Shown here piece by piece: positions 58,996 through 64,000 of a stretch of 64,000 bases of DNA. The first letter of the stretch is position 1, and each line of letters starts with the position of its first letter. A program made the translations under genes and the position numbers. The notes below the pieces were generated by a model. That model saw nothing but the letters and a program-made list of their open reading frames with translations. It ran no database searches and had not been told where the DNA came from. Source of the stretch: an uncultured Gemmatimonadales bacterium (GTDB taxonomy: Bacteria; Gemmatimonadota; Gemmatimonadetes; Longimicrobiales; Gaopeijiaceae); the NCBI GenBank assembly GCA_963809895.1, contig CAWELD010000010.1:448001-512000 (forward strand), read 5' to 3'.

Positions 58996-61900
58996 GCCTG
59001 CCGAGAGCCGGTCGAGGGCGCTCCGTACCTCGGCCACCTCGGCCGCCATGGCAGGCTCGGGATCGGCACGGAGCGTCAGATACTGCGTGTAGAGTGAGAC
59101 GGCCCGGTCGCGGTGCCCGGCCAGCACCGCCATCCGGCCGCCTTCTCGCAGGTACGCGGCCAGGTAGTGCGGATAGCCGAGCCCGACCCGGAACCGGCCC
59201 GCCGCCGCCTCGGCCCGGGCGTACTCGCCCTCCCCCTCCAGCATCTTCGCCACCTCCAGGTTCTCCCACATCAGTTGCAGGTAGGGAACCGTGAGCAGGA
59301 GGGTGTCCACCGCCAGGATCATCCGGCGCGCTTCGGGCCTGCCGGTGCCCTGGGCGTGCGCCGCTTCCAGGATCCTGCCACAGACCCTCGCCTGTCGTTC
59401 GGGAAGCGTTCCCATCCCCGACCCGGTGAAGTCCCCGAGGCGCGTGACGGCCTTATCGACCGCCTCCCAGCGGCCCGCGCGCGCGTCCATCAACCCCAGA
59501 GCACAGACATCCGGTCCGTCCCCCAGCCTCGCGATCTCGTGGGAACCCGCGACAGGCGTGCCACCCCAGAACAACTCGTCCACGATGGTCTGGGACGGGG
59601 TGGCCTGTGGGCCCACATCGGGCATCTGCTCGTCGGCCTCCCGGGGTCGCCCAGCGTCCAACGCCAACCATCGGCGCATGACCGCCAGCTCTTCGCGGTG
59701 CTCGCGTCGCTGCACGACATGGTCCATGTGTTCGAGCAACGCCCGAAGCGGGCCGATGAGCTCGGGAAAGAGCGCCACCGAGAAGACCAGCGAGCTGAGA
59801 CCTGTGAACGCTGTGTCGCTTCCGTCGAAATGCTCCAGCGCTCCCCGCGCGAGCGCGCTGTCGCCCAGGACTTGTCCCACCAGCCACTCGTCCTTGAACC
59901 GCACCGCAGGATCGGGGACGGCGGCGCGGTACTCGGTCCAGAGCGAGCGCACCCGGGCGGTGTCGCCACGTCGCGCTGCGATCTGAATCAGATGCTGGAG
60001 GACGCCAGCCTGCCCGGGATCCAGCGCCAGCGACCTGCGGAACGCCTCATCGGCCCGCTCGAGCGGCCGGTCGATTCCCAGCAGGGCCCCGACGTGGAAC
60101 AGGTGATCGGCGAGTAGATACCACGCCTCGAACCGGTCGGCTGCTACGACGGCCGCGTGCTCCCGTGCCGCCTGCACGTCGGCCAGGGCCGACGGCTCGG
60201 GCCCGTTCGGCCCCACGATCGCCTCGACGAGCGCCCGGTCCTTGGCCCGGAGCCGCTGGCGGTTCCGCCATGCCGTCTCGGTGGCGAGACGTGCCGTGGC
60301 CTCGGCGGCGTTGCCGGACCACTCGTGGGCCATCAACAGCCCGAGGCCCGCCAGCGCGAAGCTGGGATCGAGCTCCAGAGCCTCTGTGAACCGATCCACC
60401 GCGAGGTCGTACTCGCCCCGCCGATAGTGGCGTTGGCCGACGAGATAGGCGCGGGTGGCGGTGAGCGAGCTGGTGGTAAGGCTGCCGCTCTGGTCCGGGG
60501 GGATGCCATCGAGCTGCGCCAGGAGACGTCCGAGCAGGCGCGGCACGTGGGCCAGCAGACTGTCCGTGGGGCCCGTTACCGACACATGCAGCACCTGACC
60601 GGCGCCCACGGGCGCCAGAGAGGCGCGGAGCAACACGTCGTCGCCGGCGCCGACGAACGATCCCCGCAGTACCCAGCCCGCGCCCAGGTCCCGTGCGATG
60701 GCCACAGCGTCGTCGTCATCCAACTCGGGATCGGATGCATGCCCGCCGTGGGCGTTCCAGGTCCGGAACAGGGTCGCCGGTTCGACGGCTCGCAGGCCGC
60801 CGTCATCACCCGTGAGATAGATGGCGGAGAGATCCACCACCCCCTCGCTCAGCTCCTCAAGCGCCGGGCCGCCTCCCGCGACCCGGAACGGAAGCACGGC
60901 CACGAGGTTCGGGTCGCCTCCGCCTCCGCCGGCCTCTGCCACGGCCCAGAGTCCGGCCGCCAACAGGGCCGCCACTAGCGCGCTGGCCTTCCAGGCGCGT
61001 GGCGAGATCCGCGAGGTCAGCGCCATGAGACGAAGCCACGGTCGGGCCACACTACGTACGCCCGGCGACGAGTCCTGCCTCAGCGGGTGCTCCGCCGAGA
61101 GCTCGCCCGCCAGAATCTCCGCCGACTGGGGCCGCTGCGCCGGCTCCCTCTCCAGGCAACGCATGAGAAGGCTCGCCAGCCACGGCGGTGCGTCCGGACG
61201 CAACTCCAGCAGGTCTGGAGCCTCTCGGGTCAGCTTCTCGGCCAGGATCTGCTGCGGAGTGTCGCTGATGAACGGCGGCCGCCCGGTCAGCAACTCATAG
61301 CCCACCACCCCCAGGGAGTACAGGTCGGCCAGGTGGCTCACCCGCGGGTCGCCGGCGGCCTGCTCCGGAGACGTATAGGTGGGCGTGCCGAGGCTCGTAC
61401 CGGTCTGTGTGAGGAGCACGCCGTCCCCTTCACCAGGTATGCGGGCGGCCTCGGCGGCCCGGGCGATGCCGAAATCGGCCACGAGCGCGCGGGGGCCCAC
61501 CAGCAGGATGTTCTCGGGCTTGATGTCACGATGGATGACGCCCAGTTCGTGGGCATGACGGAGGCTCTCGGCCACCTCTCGGAGAACCTGGATTACCTCG
61601 GCCGGCTCCATCGGTCCGCGGCGCAGGCGGCGACGGAGCGTCTCTCCGGGAACGACGGGCATCACGTAGTAGAGGCGGCCGTTCACCTCTCCGGAATCGA
61701 AGAGAGGGACGATTCCAGGATGCTGGAGCTGGCTCGCGATGCGGATCTCGCGCAGAAAGCGGTCGCGGGCCAGACCCTCGGTCATCTCCGGAGCCAAGAC
61801 CTTGACGGCTACAAAGCGGTCGTGCTTCAGGTCGCGCGCCAGGTAGACGGTGGCACTCCCGCCGGCGCCCAGCGCACGCTCGATGCGGTAGTGCTCGCCG

Positions 61901-62715
61901 AAGAGAGCATCTCCCTCGGTCCAATCGGTGTCGGCCGAGGCCGCGGCGGCGGGATCGACCCGATCCGATCCCCCAGGGCCCGCGAACTCGGTGATGCGGC
62001 CACTTCGGAGGTCCTCCATGAGGCGTTGCGTCTCGGGGGCGGGGGCCGAACCCCAGGCCTCCTCCAGCCGTTGGACGAAGCCTTCGTAGAGGTTCAGCGC
62101 ACCGGCGTGGTCGCCGGCGCGCACGTGGAGGCTCAGGAGGTCGCGTAGGGCGCGCTCGTCGTTCGGGGTGATCTCGAGCGCCCGCCGGCCCCAGGTGATG
62201 GCCACGGTCAACGCACCTTCGCCTTCGTGTCGCCGGGCCAGCTCGCGGGCGCCGCGGGCGGCGAGCGCACGGAGTGCCGCGCGCTCCGTTTCCATCCAGC
62301 GCTCGAAGCCGTCCGCGCCCTCGACGAAGAACCCCCGCAGGAAGTCGCCGCGGTAGAGGGCGAGAGCGTCGTCCCAACGTTCCGCTTCCGCGGCGGCCCG
62401 GAACGCGGAAGCGTCGCACCAGACGAGCTCAGGATCCACGCCCACGTCTTCGGCGCTCCGGCGCACCAGGGCTTCCGCGCCGAGTGCCTGACGAAGGAAG
62501 CGCAGGGACTGGTTGAGGGCATCGCGGGCACGTGCCTCGCTCAACTCGGGCCAGAAGAGGGCCAGCAGCCGATCGCGGCGCTGCACGCCGCGCGGCCGGG
62601 CGGCGGCCAGATAGGTGAGGAGCGCGAACCGTTTCGGCTGGGCGAGGACCGGCGACACCTCGGAGCCGTCGGGGGCCCGGAGGTCCGTCAACCCGAAGGT
62701 GCGCAGGCGAATCAT
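58972..62715 (-). CDS. SARP/BTAD-domain + Ser/Thr kinase + TM + TPR protein
   Basis: N-terminal QPKRFALL..L, R..L..LFWP, LYRG.FL and W...ER; kinase GAGGSATV, VAVK, HRDIKPEN, DFG and SPEQ; then TM, VAVLPF and TPR-like helices. Confidence 0.9.
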   Translation of the reverse strand: MIRLRTFGLTDLRAPDGSEVSPVLAQPKRFALLTYLAAARPRGVQRRDRLLALFWPELSEARARDALNQSLRFLRQALGAEALVRRSAEDVGVDPELVWCDASAFRAAAEAERWDDALALYRGDFLRGFFVEGADGFERWMETERAALRALAARGARELARRHEGEGALTVAITWGRRALEITPNDERALRDLLSLHVRAGDHAGALNLYEGFVQRLEEAWGSAPAPETQRLMEDLRSGRITEFAGPGGSDRVDPAAAASADTDWTEGDALFGEHYRIERALGAGGSATVYLARDLKHDRFVAVKVLAPEMTEGLARDRFLREIRIASQLQHPGIVPLFDSGEVNGRLYYVMPVVPGETLRRRLRRGPMEPAEVIQVLREVAESLRHAHELGVIHRDIKPENILLVGPRALVADFGIARAAEAARIPGEGDGVLLTQTGTSLGTPTYTSPEQAAGDPRVSHLADLYSLGVVGYELLTGRPPFISDTPQQILAEKLTREAPDLLELRPDAPPWLASLLMRCLEREPAQRPQSAEILAGELSAEHPLRQDSSPGVRSVARPWLRLMALTSRISPRAWKASALVAALLAAGLWAVAEAGGGGGDPNLVAVLPFRVAGGGPALEELSEGVVDLSAIYLTGDDGGLRAVEPATLFRTWNAHGGHASDPELDDDDAVAIARDLGAGWVLRGSFVGAGDDVLLRASLAPVGAGQVLHVSVTGPTDSLLAHVPRLLGRLLAQLDGIPPDQSGSLTTSSLTATRAYLVGQRHYRRGEYDLAVDRFTEALELDPSFALAGLGLLMAHEWSGNAAEATARLATETAWRNRQRLRAKDRALVEAIVGPNGPEPSALADVQAAREHAAVVAADRFEAWYLLADHLFHVGALLGIDRPLERADEAFRRSLALDPGQAGVLQHLIQIAARRGDTARVRSLWTEYRAAVPDPAVRFKDEWLVGQVLGDSALARGALEHFDGSDTAFTGLSSLVFSVALFPELIGPLRALLEHMDHVVQRREHREELAVMRRWLALDAGRPREADEQMPDVGPQATPSQTIVDELFWGGTPVAGSHEIARLGDGPDVCALGLMDARAGRWEAVDKAVTRLGDFTGSGMGTLPERQARVCGRILEAAHAQGTGRPEARRMILAVDTLLLTVPYLQLMWENLEVAKMLEGEGEYARAEAAAGRFRVGLGYPHYLAAYLREGGRMAVLAGHRDRAVSLYTQYLTLRADPEPAMAAEVAEVRSALDRLSAGSPTARIP

Positions 62716-62927
62716 GGATCCCCCGAACGTGGCGATGCACCTGACCGCGCCGCCGCTCCAGGAACCGCGCGGCTCCGGCGCCAATGTAGTCCCGGCTTTC
62801 CGAGAGCGACAATCCTGGGTTTTCGGCGGCGGGATGCCGGATCAGTGCGGGGTCAGAGGTGGGTCACCGCGTGAGCGCATCGTCGGTTCCTGTCGGTTCG
62901 CGGCCTCATCCCTCAAGGAGCCCTCCC

Positions 62928-64000
62928 ATGGATCGGACCCTCCTATCGCGGACGGCGGCGTTCGTCGTCGTCGCCCTCCTCTCCGTGACCACGCTGTCGT
63001 GTTCGGACTCCTCACCGCCCGTGTCTCCGGAGCTGAACCTGCCCGGGCCCGCCCGCCAGATCGTCGACGCGGCACACTCTGGCGGGAATGCGCACTTCTT
63101 CTGGCTTCCGCCCATGGTGGCCCAGCCCTCGGGCTTCAATGGCGCCTTCGACCCGTCGCTGTCGCCGGTGGTGCGCGTGTGCGACCTGTCCGACTGCGAC
63201 TCGCAGGTCGTGGCGGAGTTCACCACGGCCTCGGGCACCGGCTCCGAGGCTGTCCAGCTGGAGAGCGACCACTACGTGGTGGACTGGCACGTGGACGATT
63301 CCGGCGTGGTTCCCGGGCCGACCTACCGGATCCGCGTCCTGGCAGGTGGCACGCAGCTCGGCCTGGCGGACGTCCAGTTCGGCGAGAACGGGAAGGAGGC
63401 CCGGAACCTCACCACGAACGAGGTCATCGGGCTGAACGAGGGGCGCACGCTGCCCATCAAGTTCCGCATCGAGGAAGGCGCCGTATTCGTGGTCTCGCCG
63501 GCGGACGGCGGCACGGTCGAGGCTCTGGAGGGCACGGTCAATCTGGCGATCCCGCCCGGCGCCCTCACCGAGGAGACCGGCGTGACCGTGGAGTCCGCCG
63601 AGCCCACGGGAGAGGCGCTGGTAGCGGTGGACTTCGGTCCCGACGGACTCACGTTCGAGGAGCCGGTTCCGGTCACCATCGGCTACGATCCGCTGATGCT
63701 TCCGCCGGGGCTCGCGGAGTCCGATCTCGCGCTAAATCTGCTCGACGGACTGGGCCGCTGGATCGTGCTTCCCGGTAGCGTGGTGGATCCCGCGACGCAC
63801 ACCGTGACGGCCCCCTTCTATCACTTCTCCACCGGCGGGGTCGGTGCGGCCTCCCTCGCCGTGTTCTGCCCGGATGACGGCGATCCGGCGACCTTCGACG
63901 ATCTCACCGCGGCCGTGGACGCCGTCCGGAGAGGCGGCACCGTCGAGGTCTGCGAGGGCACGCACACCGTTCAGGGTGAGCTGGTGGATCGGCCGATCAC
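62928..64000 (+). CDS. Large secreted lipoprotein with ZU5-like domain, partial (runs off window)
   Basis: AAGGAG then ATG; MDRTLLS...TLSC lipobox; IPPGAL, FGPDGLTF..PV and HFS motifs; open to the window end. Confidence 0.75.
   Translation, partial: MDRTLLSRTAAFVVVALLSVTTLSCSDSSPPVSPELNLPGPARQIVDAAHSGGNAHFFWLPPMVAQPSGFNGAFDPSLSPVVRVCDLSDCDSQVVAEFTTASGTGSEAVQLESDHYVVDWHVDDSGVVPGPTYRIRVLAGGTQLGLADVQFGENGKEARNLTTNEVIGLNEGRTLPIKFRIEEGAVFVVSPADGGTVEALEGTVNLAIPPGALTEETGVTVESAEPTGEALVAVDFGPDGLTFEEPVPVTIGYDPLMLPPGLAESDLALNLLDGLGRWIVLPGSVVDPATHTVTAPFYHFSTGGVGAASLAVFCPDDGDPATFDDLTAAVDAVRRGGTVEVCEGTHTVQGELVDRPI

Noticed and set aside
58233..59069. 278-aa ORF as an intact transposase
   Set aside because: A chimeric read-through of the SBP fragment, the IS91 zinc finger and other remnants; no catalytic domain.

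Overview
High-GC bacterial chromosome segment, about 53 CDS or CDS remnants, with no rRNA, tRNA or CRISPR array seen. A PadR + duplicated-orphan ABC permease pair, a BTAD/Ser-Thr kinase/TPR protein and Gly-rich M14 and LVIVD proteins suggest Gemmatimonadota or a similar lineage (inference). 1-32 kb holds transport, envelope and hydrolase genes. It includes a translationally coupled pair: a lipoprotein with nine Ig-like repeats ending in a cohesin-like module, followed by a small secreted dockerin protein with no catalytic domain. It also includes a copper-oxidase cluster and two six-hairpin glycosidases. 35-43 kb is a sugar ABC system split by an insertion of toxin-antitoxin genes, Uma2 and lspA. 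42.7-58.8 kb is a visibly less GC-biased island bounded by a ~237-bp diverged direct repeat of the sugar-binding-protein 5' end. It carries an unusual aromatic catabolic operon (HpaB/flavin reductase, PcaHG, lactonase, GlucD-like enzyme, RraA aldolase, MMSDH) plus a GntR/NSS transporter/aminotransferase unit, and ends in gene remnants including an IS91-type fragment. Several genes carry single-base frameshifts, which may be assembly errors. All calls come from motifs read by eye; no database searches were run.
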